Shown here one piece after another: positions 1 through 13,100 of a stretch of DNA of 64,000 nucleotides. The stretch comes from Ostreococcus lucimarinus (taxonomy: Eukaryota): assembly GCA_000092065.1 (NCBI GenBank), contig CP000582.1; one strand, given 5' to 3'. The notes under the pieces were generated by a model. It was not told where the DNA came from, ran no database searches, and saw only the letters and a list, made by a program, of their open reading frames with translations. The position numbers and the translations under genes are program-made. Position 1 is the stretch's first letter; every line of letters begins with the position of its first letter.

Positions 1-1130
1 CAAATTTACATCTCTCCATGTGTGTCCCATCTTCTCTGCGGTTGTGCACGCATGTTGCCCTAGTAGTAGATTGTTCAATTTTCTAAAATGAACCAATGGT
101 GATGTCAATAAAGCGTGACTCATGAGGGCAGACTTGATCAGTGAAATCATACCAGATGCACCATCGAGGTGCCCTAAATTGGTATGTAAACTACCAAATC
201 CTATGTTTGAAGTGCGAGATGGGTCTTCAAAACAGAATATACGCTGGTATGCACCGATTTCTATTGCGTCGCCAAGTGGCTCACCTAGTCCAGATGCTTC
301 TACGAATGCAACGTCTGCTGGTAGTATGTTAGCATCAAGCAGTGCACGGTGCACTTTGTACTCAATTGCCGGTCCTCGAAGCGCTCTGAGCGAAGCGCCG
401 CCGCCTTTATGTATACACGAGGACCCCAGGAGCGTGACAAGCATAAATTTGCTACTGGTGGCTTTGTATGTACAGATCATGACTGCACCGACGCCTTCAC
501 CTCGCTCAAATCCGTCCGCTTGAGCATCAAATGTTTTGCATCGACCATCAGCTGGAAACATCTGACGTGCAATATGTAAATCTGATAATTGTCTGTGAAG
601 TATGATATTCGAACTCGCCGCTATGGAGGAGTTAGCATATTCAGGATCTGATGGCACATTCACTTTAGAAGAACTCGTAGCGAGATGAATACAAACTAAT
701 CCTGACGCAGACGCGCAGTCGATAGAGATAGATTCGCCTTGAAACCCAAATGTGTGACTTATTCGATTCGACGCAAAAGCATACGTCGATTCGGACATAC
801 CATGCGCAATATTTGATAGCTTATCGTGGGCAGAGCAGCCTGAATCTGTGAACATCACACGGAACGCTTCGTCCCTTGCCACAGAATCACTGTCATTCGT
901 ACATATACCTACGTATACTGATATTTTTTGCTCGTAAACGCGCGTACTCTTGTCTGAATATGGTACATCGGTAACTTCATGGCACGCTTTCAGCAACTCG
1001 CGCTGTTGCGGTTCAAGAAGTGATCGAACATCAGATCGGCCAATTCCAAAAAAGTTTGAGTCGAAAACGTCAAGCTGTCTTAGGAACGAGCCGTGCCTAC
1101 TATATTCGTGATAGACAAAATCCCGCTTTC
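1..1130 (-). other. Terminal KS (module 14) at the window edge; active-site-deficient, KS0-like
   Basis: The N-terminus IDRWDVERIFS...FDSNFFGIG and the NLGHLDGASGMISLIKSAL motif are normal. The active site reads GESISIDCASASGLV instead of DTACSSSL, with Ser at the Cys position. The HGTGT position reads VEASGLGEPLGDAIE, with the His lost. The C-terminus lies off the window. Confidence 0.6.
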
Positions 1131-4100
1131 TACTAATACCGGTGAAAGAAAATATACGTTCAACATCCCAGCGATCTATGGGGATCTTCCTAATTGCATC
1201 TATACCGTTTGCGATTGCGCCACAAAATTGTACCGGATGCATGATATGTTTGCAATCTGCGTCACCCGTGTGCACTGCGATACATGCCACCGAGCTTATG
1301 ATACCATCCTGAACGACGATACGCATGGGCTCTTTGGCAGATGGTTTGCAATCATCTATTTTTTGCCGAAGAGTCGTCTTATGGATAAATTTTGATAACG
1401 ATGTGATTGTTGGATGGTCAAACGCAACTGTTGACGGCAATGGTACGTCAAAGCATATTTCTATGGAACGGGATAGCTCCGTGAGATACATGCTGTCTAA
1501 TCCAGCGTCTATGAATGGCATATTAGCGTCAATAGTGTGTCCGAGAACCCGGCGAACATGATCAGACACAAGGGATTGTGTCTCTGATAACGTGCTGGGA
1601 TGTGTACGATCTGTACACAATAACGTTCGCTTTGAATCCGTTGAAACACCTTGCGACAGTAACGGGATGGACAATTTATCCCAAAGAAACATGTTTGCCA
1701 CTATGGTCGCATCTTGTATCATAACGCTGTTCAAAATCGACAGTATATGTATCCCAACCTTTGTGGGCACTGACCCAATACCAAATCGAGTCAGACTGTC
1801 AAGCTGCAATGCGCTTTGCTTCATCATTCCTGTCAAGTTTACCCACGCTCCCCATTGAACACTAACTTTATCGAGACCTTGATGGTGTGCGTAGTTGCAA
1901 TGTGCATCTAACGAAGAATTGGCAGCGACATAGTTCACTTGCCCAAACGTTCCTAGCAGCACAGAGATCGAGGAGTAATAATCAGTTTGAACTGATAACG
2001 AAGTCGGATCGCGAATACTCGCTAGAGATCCGATTAGTTTCGGAGACACGACGACACGAATCGTATAGGCTGTCTGTTTCGTCGCGATAGCGTCACGAAG
2101 AACACCGGATGCAAAGAATGAACGATTAACTTGAACTCGAGAATTGTGCCATGTATTGTCTGAGTAGTGGCAGTTATCAACGGAATCAACAGTTACTGAA
2201 TGGGATGAGGATCCGTTCCAAACGACAACAGAGTATGAACATCGACCACTTCGGTTCGTCAAGCGAATCAATCGCTGTCCATTCAGCAGTGCTGTGATGT
2301 ACACAAGTTTACCAATTTCACCAGCACCGTGTACTTCTGTTTGATTATTTTTACATTGATTGTTGCGACGCATGTTAGCCGGCGATGAATGAGTCGAACA
2401 TAGATTCGGCGTAAACGCAAGATGACCAACGGCACTGACGTGGCGAAGACGCGCTGTGGTGTTTGAGATACCCGACGGATGTATGCGAGCTGAATCTCCC
2501 GTACATACGGCATATGTTGTATTTTTATTTTCGACACAAAACACTCTTGGTAGTGTCGATAGTGTCAGGTCGGATATATGTTTATGTATACTCGATATTG
2601 GCGATGGAAATATGCGTTTTGTGACGGGTGCTGATTTGCTGAGTACACATAGGTGCTTAGATTCGCTCGAAGTTGTGAGCGCACAAATTGAATGCAAAAT
2701 ATTCACAACGGTTGGCAGTGATCCGCATCTGTGGACGCTGCGGCGGTAGTTGCACAATGTATGCCGAACAGTAGTTGTAGCACAAGTGTCGCCATTGGGT
2801 GCAACATTAACTCGAAGCGGGCTCGCCTCCCAGCGAAGAGCATACAAATATTCAACATTTGGAACACTTGAGCGAGATGAAGACGGCGATGTGGATGTGC
2901 ACAATACAGAGTCAGTTGAAATGTGCAAGAACACCTCTGGTGTAAACGTTGACCAATTTTGACGTGAATAATTGTACTTGAACCTGTGATCACTCAGTAT
3001 AATGCAACACATGAGCGTGTCGTGTTGCGCATATTGAACGGTACATGAACGTCGATATAGCTCAACAGTCCGTACATACGCGACGGAGTTACCGCCGGTG
3101 AACGTATCGAGCAAAGTACATCGCAAACGATGTTGAGGCTTTTCATGGTATTCATTGGATTCAACATGAATATCTGCAGAAGACAAGCCGCCATGCATTT
3201 CGCGAAATTTAACAAACCCTTGTTCTGCATCAGCGTATGCTGCCACTGTGTTCGCATTTAACCCGACGCCGTGTTCACCAGCTCGCACAGTAGCATGTGT
3301 GCTAGCGATAGCGTTGGATTGAGCATCAATTACTTTATATCCCGACCCGTACACGAGAACTTTATTTGATTTTAGATATGCATCTAAAACTTTCGAGGCA
3401 TACACAGTTGAAAGTACTACATTTTTTAGTGAGAGTTCTGTGGTACGATCATCCAAAATCAAACATGTGGCATCAGATGCAACTTGCAACGGTGATGAAG
3501 TAAGAGCATTTACGGTAGCGTTGAAGCGAATCGAAACACAAGCCATAGTGAGTGTCGATAAAGCGACTGTTGCACGCGAGCTTAGCTGTGATATCCAACA
3601 CTCGATGCTGTGTTGCATGACAGAAGCATCTGGCAAGTATTTCATCACGTAATCGCGTCGAACAGATACGTGTGCGTTCGTTCCTTGAAATGCAAACGCG
3701 CTCACTCCTCGGTTTACGGCGTGTGCATCACATTGCCACGCACTTTGCGTTGCCTGGCGTGGAAGAGCGATTCCGCATCGCTCAGCCGTATCTTGATTCA
3801 GAATACTCTGAATGTGGGTGCTGAGCTGGCATAGGTGCACGAGCGCAGGAGTGTTCAAGCGAAATATGCAATCAACAATGCCACACAGACCCATACCGCC
3901 CGAAGCTGGCTCGGTGTGTCCGCAGCGAGTCTTCATTGCTGAAAAAGTAACGACTGGCAATCTTTTGAGGCTGCTAAGTACGGTGCGCGCTGCGCCAACT
4001 TCTATAGGATCCCCCAGAGACGTGCCAGTACCATGAAGCTCTATACCACCAGAAGAGCTGTTATCATTACCAGACTGGAGCATGGTGTGCAAAATCACGC

Positions 4101-7100
4101 TCTGCTGCGATGGGCCATGGGGGGCTGTGAGAGAGCTTGAGCGTCCATCTTGGTTGACAGAAGATGCAGAAGCGTAAAACATGCAGTAGTCGTCGCGCAC
4201 GCCGTCGCTGTGCGGTGTCAAGAGCAGCAAAGTTGATCCTTCTCCTCGAACGTAGCCGTTTGCAGCCATGTCCAGAGTCTTACATCGCCCATCATCTGCC
4301 AGCATCCCCGCAGTTCTAAAAACAATAGTCGTCGTCGGGTTCAGGGTGATGTTCACGCCGCAACATATCATGCTGTCGCATTCTCCCGTGAGCACTGCGT
4401 TACGCGCTACATGTGATCCAACTAAAGACGACGAGCACGCTGTGTCGATGCTTGCACACGTTCCGCGCAGATTGTATGTGAAAGAAATCCGTCCACACGC
4501 AACACTGAGTGAGCCACCAGTTGCTTGAAGCTTGCCGGCACGAGAGGTGATCGCGCTGTAATCAGTGCTAGATATACCGACAACAACGCCACATCCCTCG
4601 CTATATTGGCCGTTTACTGCATGTGCGCGCCCATCTAAGGCGCGCGCTAGAAGGATGCGCTGCTGTGGGTCCACGGCAGTAGCTTCTGCACGTCGCATTG
4701 AAAACAGGGCAATATCAAAATATTCAATGTTATGGAGAAATCTACCAAACCGTATCAGGGCGTAATCGTCGGCTCTAATATCCCACCGATTTTCAGGCAC
4801 ACCACTTACGTCATCCAGTGCGTGCTGATACTGCCCGGGGCTGCTGACTGATGATATGCACACTTGAGCTGAGTATGTGACATCAATAGTACTATTACGG
4901 AGCACCTGTGCACTTCCGTAATTCGATTTTCCATGCGACAGTTCACCCGCCACGGCTTCTGCAAGTGCATATACGCTAGGATGATCAAATACAACCGTCG
5001 ACGGGAGCTGCACAGCGAATTCATCGTTCAGTCTGCTTCGCAATTCAACGGCGCCGAGTGAGTCAAGACCCGCATCCAACAGTGGCTCCTTTGCATCCAA
5101 TGGTCTACCAACCGCATCATTCACTATACTCGCTACACGTCCCGCAATTTCGTCGCCGTGGATCACGCATGATGGTACGCCACGTTCTCCGGCTGATATC
5201 TTGATCTTGAGTTGTGTGCTATTTTGATCGACGTATGGTGCATTTGGCGGGGAAACCGCACTGTGTGATGTAGGTACACTCCATGCATGTAAGCCGGTTG
5301 CACGCAGTGGGCAAACGGCGTAGATTGAGAACATATTTGGAGGTTGAATGAGAGTGCGTAGCGTTCTCAGCGCAGTGTGTGGGTCAATCACTTCTATCCC
5401 TAGAGATCCAAAGTTTCTGGGTGTACCCACTGCAGAACGCACAGCCATGCCATAGGATCCACCCCAGGGTCCCCACTGGAGACTCATGCACCGCCATCCC
5501 ATCGTCGTGCCGAGTTGAGCGAGTGTGTCGAGCAGTGCGTTAGCACCTGCATAGTTAGTTTGACCCGGCGAGCCGAGCAATGCAGCTATGGACGAGAAGA
5601 AAACATGTGTCAAAGACATTTGAGGGAGATTTTCATGACACACCGCTTGTGCACCTTGTGTTTTGTTTGCAAACGCAATCGAGACTGTGGAAAACGTTTG
5701 CTTCATTAGGATTGAATCTTTGAGAACACCGCTCATGTGCAATACCCGACCGACATTTCGCACACTACACGAAACCAAGCGTTCTGTTTCGCTTCTGACA
5801 CAAAGGTTTACACGTTGGATGGTAAGCAGGGATGTAAATTTTGCCGGCGCGATATGTTTTCCTCTTCCGGAACGCCCCACGAGTACGAAGGGTCTATCAC
5901 AGATGGATGCATTCCATTCATAGATAAGCGCTCCGATGCCACCGACACCACCGGTGTAAATGTCGCTGCACGGGTGTAGAAGCGCATTAGAGTCGCACTG
6001 TGCGATGTGCTTTGCCATCGCTCGACGTGGGTCTCGCCACAACATTTTTGCGTGTAAATTCGGACAGACCTTCGATAACGTCGGCGTGCGGACATGGCGA
6101 TTCGATATTGATTTGGCATGCACCTCGTTCGAATCAGAATTTGAATGAAGAAAGTCGGTTGCTTTTGCGTGCACAATACTTGATGCGCCCAAATCAACGC
6201 ACACTAAACGCTGTGACATCTCATGTGCGCCACTCCTGAAGATACCCCACATGGCACCAGCGACCGGAATACATCGACCGATAGAGCTCTGCGTGTCAGC
6301 ACATAGGCGTGGACAGGCTGACACCAGCTCTGTTGCTGTCGTGCGAATCACGCATAGATTGGAACTTGCATGTAAACTCTGCACGGCAAGAGAAGCCACG
6401 CGTGATGCACTTTGCCTCCCCGCAGCTAAATGCGAGTATACGTTCGTGACACCTTCTGTACGGAGAAGCGGTCCTCTGTATGTGTTCTCGGTTTTCCACG
6501 TGGCGCGATATATCATATCGATGGCGTGTCTTCCTTGCCTCCCACCATAATAGCGCTCTGATCCCATCGCTGCAGGCTCTGAGTGAGACGCAACCTTTTT
6601 GCCCAGTAGTTCGTGCATCGCAAGTTGATTTTCCGTCGCTTGCTGTGCTATATGGTCACTCTGCATCTTTTGCGGCGAGAAGCGTGATAGTGCGTGGTCT
6701 CGGGACCGTGCCAACGAAGTTTGGTGTGTGCAGATTTCGAGACTCACTGGCAAGTGCAATTCAAAGCTATCATCACTGAAAGTATTTAGCCTGAGAGCTG
6801 ATAAGCTCTGCACGTGCGCATCGAGCTCTGCGGCAAACGACTGATCTAGTGTTTGCACCTTTTTACTATGAACTTTGAAGTGCAAATCAAGGCTGGATTT
6901 GGAGACGTTTGCGTAATACACTTTCGGCGATGGAGTTCGTTGCGTGAGCATGGTCTGCACTACTTTACAAGACGTGTGCCCTGCTCGTTGTGACGATACG
7001 GAAATACTGCCGGTAGTTTGCGATATTTTGAACGATAATGCATCGTTGCGCCAAGTATCCAACAAACAGGCAGCATGTATTTGCGTGCGACGCACCACGT

Positions 7101-10100
7101 TAACAGTCATTGTGTGGAGTTGCTTTACACAAGTGAGGGTCAGCTCCAGAAAGCTGGTAGCGGGGAGAACCAAGCGGCCACGAACGCAGTGATCGCGATC
7201 TATATGTCGTGTTTTTAATGGTGGGAGTTGAATCCGTAGGCATTCGCTCGTCTCGACTGCGTGCACGAGCCGCAGGCCAAAGGCAGCATGTGATATCCAA
7301 CACTCGATGCTGTGTTGCATGACAGAAGCATCTGGCAAGTATTTCATCACGTAATCGCGTCGAACAGATACGTGTGCGTTCGTTCCTTGAAATGCAAACG
7401 CGCTCACTCCTCGGTTTACGGCGTGTGCATCACATTGCCACGCACTTTGCGTTGCCTGGCGTGGAAGAGCGATTCCGCATCGCTCAGCCGTATCTTGATT
7501 CAGAATACTCTGAATGTGGGTGCTGAGCTGGCATAGGTGCACGAGCGCAGGAGTGTTCAAGCGAAATATGCAATCAACAATGCCACACAGACCCATACCG
7601 CCCGAAGCTGGCTCGGTGTGTCCGCAGCGAGTCTTCATTGCTGAAAAAGTAACGACTGGCAATCTTTTGAGGCTGCTAAGTACGGTGCGCGCTGCGCCAA
7701 CTTCTATAGGATCCCCCAGAGACGTGCCAGTACCATGAAGCTCTATACCACCAGAAGAGCTGTTATCATTACCAGACTGGAGCATGGTGTGCAAAATCAC
7801 GCTCTGCTGCGATGGGCCATGGGGGGCTGTGAGAGAGCTTGAGCGTCCATCTTGGTTGACAGAAGATGCAGAAGCGTAAAACATGCAGTAGTCGTCGCGC
7901 ACGCCGTCGCTGTGCGGTGTCAAGAGCAGCAACGTTGATCCTTCTCCTCGAACGTAGCCGTTTGCAGCCATGTCCAGAGTCTTACATCGCCCATCATCTG
8001 CCAGCATCCCCGCAGTTCTAAAAACAATAGTCGTCGTCGGGTTCAGGGTGATGTTCACGCCGCAACATATCATGCTGTCGCATTCTCCCGTGAGCACTGC
8101 GTTACGCGCTACATGTGATCCAACTAAAGACGACGAGCACGCTGTGTCGATGCTTGCACACGTTCCGCGCAGATTGTATGTGAAAGAAATCCGTCCACAC
8201 GCAACACTGAGTGAGCCACCAGTTGCTTGAAGCTTGCCGGCACGAGAGGTGATCGCGCTGTAATCAGTGCTAGATATACCGACAACAACGCCACATCCCT
8301 CGCTATATTGGCCGTTTACTGCATGTGCGCGCCCATCTAAGGCGCGCGCTAGAAGGATGCGCTGCTGTGGGTCCACGGCAGTAGCTTCTGCACGTCGCAT
8401 TGAAAACAGGGCAATATCAAAATATTCAATGTTATGGAGAAATCTACCAAACCGTATCAGGGCGTAATCGTCGGCTCTAATATCCCACCGATTTTCAGGC
8501 ACACCACTTACGTCATCCAGTGCGTGCTGATACTGCCCGGGGCTGCTGACTGATGATATGCACACTTGAGCTGAGTACGTGACATCAATAGTACTATTAC
8601 GGAGCACCTGTGCACTTCCGTAATTCGATTTTCCATGCGACAGTTCACCCGCCACGGCTTCTGCAAGTGCATATACGCTAGGATGATCAAATACAACCGT
8701 CGACGGGAGCTGCACAGCGAATTCATCGTTCAGTCTGCTTCGCAATTCAACGGCGCCGAGTGAGTCAAGACCCGCATCCAACAGTGGCTCCTTTGCATCC
8801 AATGGTCTACCAACCGCATCATTCACTATACTCGCTACACGTCCCGCAATTTCGTCGCCGTGGATCACGCATGATGGTACGCCACGTTCTCCGGCTGATA
8901 TCTTGATCTTGAGTTGTGTGCTATTTTGATCGACGTATGGTGCATTTGGCGGGGAAACCGCACTGTGTGATGTAGATACACTCCATGCATGTAAGCCGGT
9001 TGCACGCAGTGGGCAAACGGCGTAGATTGAGAACATATTTGGAGGTTGAATGAGAGTGCGTAGCGTTCTCAGCGCAGTGTGTGGGTCAATCACTTCTATC
9101 CCTAGAGATCCAAAGTTTCTGGGTGTACCCACTGCAGAACGCACAGCCATGCCATAGGATCCACCCCAGGGTCCCCACTGGAGACTCATGCACCGCCATC
9201 CCATCGTCGTGCCGAGTTGAGCGAGTGTGTCGAGCAGTGCGTTAGCACCTGCATAGTTAGTTTGACCCGGCGAGCCGAGCAATGCAGCTATGGACGAGAA
9301 GAAAACATGTGTCAAAGACATTTGAGGGAGATTTTCATGACACACCGCTTGTGCACCTTGTGTTTTGTTTGCAAACGCAATCGAGACTGTGGAAAACGTT
9401 TGCTTCATTAGGATTGAATCTTTGAGAACACCGCTCATGTGCAATACCCGACCGACATTTCGCACACTACACGAAACCAAGCGTTCTGTTTCGCTTCTGA
9501 CACAAAGGTTTACACGTTGGATGGTAAGCAGGGATGTAAATTTTGCCGGCGCGATATGTTTTCCTCTTCCGGAACGCCCCACGAGTACGAAGGGTCTATC
9601 ACAGATGGATGCATTCCATTCATAGATAAGCGCTCCGATGCCACCGACACCACCGGTGTAAATGTCGCTGCACGGGTGTAGAAGCGCATTAGAGTCGCAC
9701 TGTGCGATGTGCTTTGCCATCGCTCGACGTGGGTCTCGCCACAACATTTTTGCGTGTAAATTCGGACAGACCTTCGATAACGTCGGCGTGCGGACATGGC
9801 GATTCGATATTGATTTGGCATGCACCTCGTTCGAATCAGAATTTGAATGAAGAAAGTCGGTTGCTTTTGCGTGCACAATACTTGATGCGCCCAAATCAAC
9901 GCACACTAAACGCTGTGACATCTCATGTGCGCCACTCCTGAAGATACCCCACATGGCACCAGCGACCGGAATACATCGACCGATAGAGCTCTGCGTGTCA
10001 GCACATAGGCGTGGACAGGCTGACACCAGCTCTGTTGCTGTCGTGCGAATCACGCATAGATTGGAACTTGCATGTAAACTCTGCACGGCAAGAGAAGCCA

Positions 10101-13100
10101 CGCGTGATGCACTTTGCCTCCCCGCAGCTAAATGCGAGTATACGTTCGTGACACCTTCTGTACGGAGAAGCGGTCCTCTGTATGTGTTCTCGGTTTTCCA
10201 CGTGGCGCGATATATCATATCGATGGCGTGTCTTCCTTGCCTCCCACCATAATAGCGCTCTGATCCCATCGCTGCAGGCTCTGAGTGAGACGCAACCTTT
10301 TTGCCCAGTAGTTCGTGCATCGCAAGTTGATTTTCCGTCGCTTGCTGTGCTATATGGTCACTCTGCATCTTTTGCGGCGAGAAGCGTGATAGTGCGTGGT
10401 CTCGGGACCGTGCCAACGAAGTTTGGTGTGTGCAGATTTCGAGACTCACTGGCAAGTGCAATTCAAAGCTATCATCACTGAAAGTATTTAGCCTGAGAGC
10501 TGATAAGCTCTGCACGTGCGCATCGAGCTCTGCGGCAAACGACTGATCTAGTGTTTGCACCTTTTTACTATGAACTTTGAAGTGCAAATCAAGGCTGGAT
10601 TTGGAGACGTTTGCGTAATACACTTTCGGCGATGGAGTTCGTTGCGTGAGCATGGTCTGCACTACTTTACAAGACGTGTGCCCTGCTCGTTGTGACGATA
10701 CGGAAATACTGCCGGTAGTTTGCGATATTTTGAACGATAATGCATCGTTGCGCCAAGTATCCAACAAACAGGCAGCATGTATTTGCGTGCGACGCACCAC
10801 GTTAACAGTCATTGTGTGGAGTTGCTTTACACAAGTGAGGGTCAGCTCCAGAAAGCTGGTAGCGGGGAGAACCAAGCGGCCACGAACGCAGTGATCGCGA
10901 TCTATATGTCGTGTTTTTAATGGTGGGAGTTGAATCCGTAGGCATTCGCTCGTCTCGACTGCGTGCACGAGCCGCAGGCCAAAGGCAGCATGTGATATCC
11001 AACACTCGATGCTGTGTTGCATGACAGAAGCATCTGGCAAGGATTTCATCACGTAATCGCGTCGAACAGATACGTGTGCGTTCGTTCCTTGAAATGCAAA
11101 CGCGCTCACTCCTCGGTTTACGGCGTGTGCATCACATTGCCACGCACTTTGCGTTGCCTGGCGTGGAAGAGCGATTCCGCATCGCTCAGCCGTATCTTGA
11201 TTCAGAATACTCTGAATGTGGGTGCTGAGCTGGCATAGGTGCACGAGCGCAGGAGTGTTCAAGCGAAATATGCAATCAACAATGCCACACAGACCCATAC
11301 CGCCCGAAGCTGGCTCGGTGTGTCCGCAGCGAGTCTTCATTGCTGAAAAAGTAACGACTGGCAATCTTTTGAGGCTGCTAAGTACGGTGCGCGCTGCGCC
11401 AACTTCTATAGGATCCCCCAGAGACGTGCCAGTACCATGAAGCTCTATACCACCAGAAGAGCTGTTATCATTACCAGACTGGAGCATGGTGTGCAAAATC
11501 ACGCTCTGCTGCGATGGGCCATGGGGGGCTGTGAGAGAGCTTGAGCGTCCATCTTGGTTGACAGAAGATGCAGAAGCGTAAAACATGCAGTAGTCGTCGC
11601 GCACGCCGTCGCTGTGCGGTGTCAAGAGCAGCAACGTTGATCCTTCTCCTCGAACGTAGCCGTTTGCAGCCATGTCCAGAGTCTTACATCGCCCATCATC
11701 TGCCAGCATCCCCGCAGTTCTAAAAACAATAGTCGTCGTCGGGTTCAGGGTGATGTTCACGCCGCAACATATCATGCTGTCGCATTCTCCCGTGAGCACT
11801 GCGTTACGCGCTACATGTGATCCAACTAAAGACGACGAGCACGCTGTGTCGATGCTTGCACACGTTCCGCGCAGATTGTATGTGAAAGAAATCCGTCCAC
11901 ACGCAACACTGAGTGAGCCACCAGTTGCTTGAAGCTTGCCGGCACGAGAGGTGATCGCGCTGTAATCAGTGCTAGATATACCGACAACAACGCCACATCC
12001 CTCGCTATATTGGCCGTTTACTGCATGTGCGCGCCCATCTAAGGCGCGCGCTAGAAGGATGCGCTGCTGTGGGTCCACGGCAGTAGCTTCTGCACGTCGC
12101 ATTGAAAACAGGGCAATATCAAAATATTCAATGTTATGGAGAAATCTACCAAACCGTATCAGGGCGTAATCGTCGGCTCTAATATCCCACCGATTTTCAG
12201 GCACACCACTTACGTCATCCAGTGCGTGCTGATACTGCCCGGGGCTGCTGACTGATGATATGCGTACTTCAATCGAACGAGTTGGGCTGTCAATTGGCAG
12301 TTCTGTTTCTGTTCTTTTTATTTCGTTCTCAGCCCCTAGGATCAATCCTGCTATACTCTTGACCGTGGGGTAATCGAATATGAGGGTACTCGGAAGGTCG
12401 GTAATTGTAAAAGCATCTGCTATCGCGTTACGACTCTCAACGGCACCAAGCGAATCAACACCGGCCTCCATTATCGCGGAGTCAGCAGTGAGTTCATGAC
12501 CAGAGACTTCCTTGAAAATTTGCAATAGTTTTTGTACTACCAGTACTTCTGTGTCTTTGGCAGAGGCCGTATTCTTGCTGTCTACGTTCCCCGCTTGATT
12601 GAAGTTTTGCTTCTTTCCGTACAGGAAGCGATTTTTCACTGCGAATGACATGAACCTACTCCAGTTTAGTCCGGTCGCTATCAACTGCTGCGATAATAGT
12701 GTAAAATTGTGATGTAGTATGGAGTGATCGAGACGCGTCTGGATTATAGACATAGCAACTGATGGTTGTATGTATTGAAGACCAACTCGTTCCATACGAC
12801 GAGAAATACCGTCAGAATTAGCCATTCCATCACCAGCGAGCCATGCACCCCATTGAATTGACTCGTTTACCATGCCACGTTCTTTGCAAGTTGAACTCCA
12901 TTGATCTAACCAACTGTTTGCATACGTATAGTTACTTTGACCAATTGAAGCAATGGTCGCCGCCAGGGATGAGAAATTTAGAAATGTTTTCACCAGGTAG
13001 GCATCTTTTAGCGCACTATGCAATCGTTTTACCCCACTCACTTTCGGTGCAGACACTTCAGCCAAGTGAGCTGATGTCTGATCGCAGATCAACGCATCTC

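Larger units (their letters stand above)
3588..12262. repeat. Tandem repeat A: 3702-bp unit x ~2.34 (3588-7289, 7290-10991, 10992-12262 partial), ~99.9% identical. Each unit encodes one DH-KR-ACP-KS block.
   Basis: Identical ORF sets in the track at offsets of 3702 (3610/7312/11014 and so on). Direct comparison shows only isolated SNPs (e.g. 4222 vs 7924, 4878 vs 8580, 5268 vs 8970). Confidence 0.9.
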
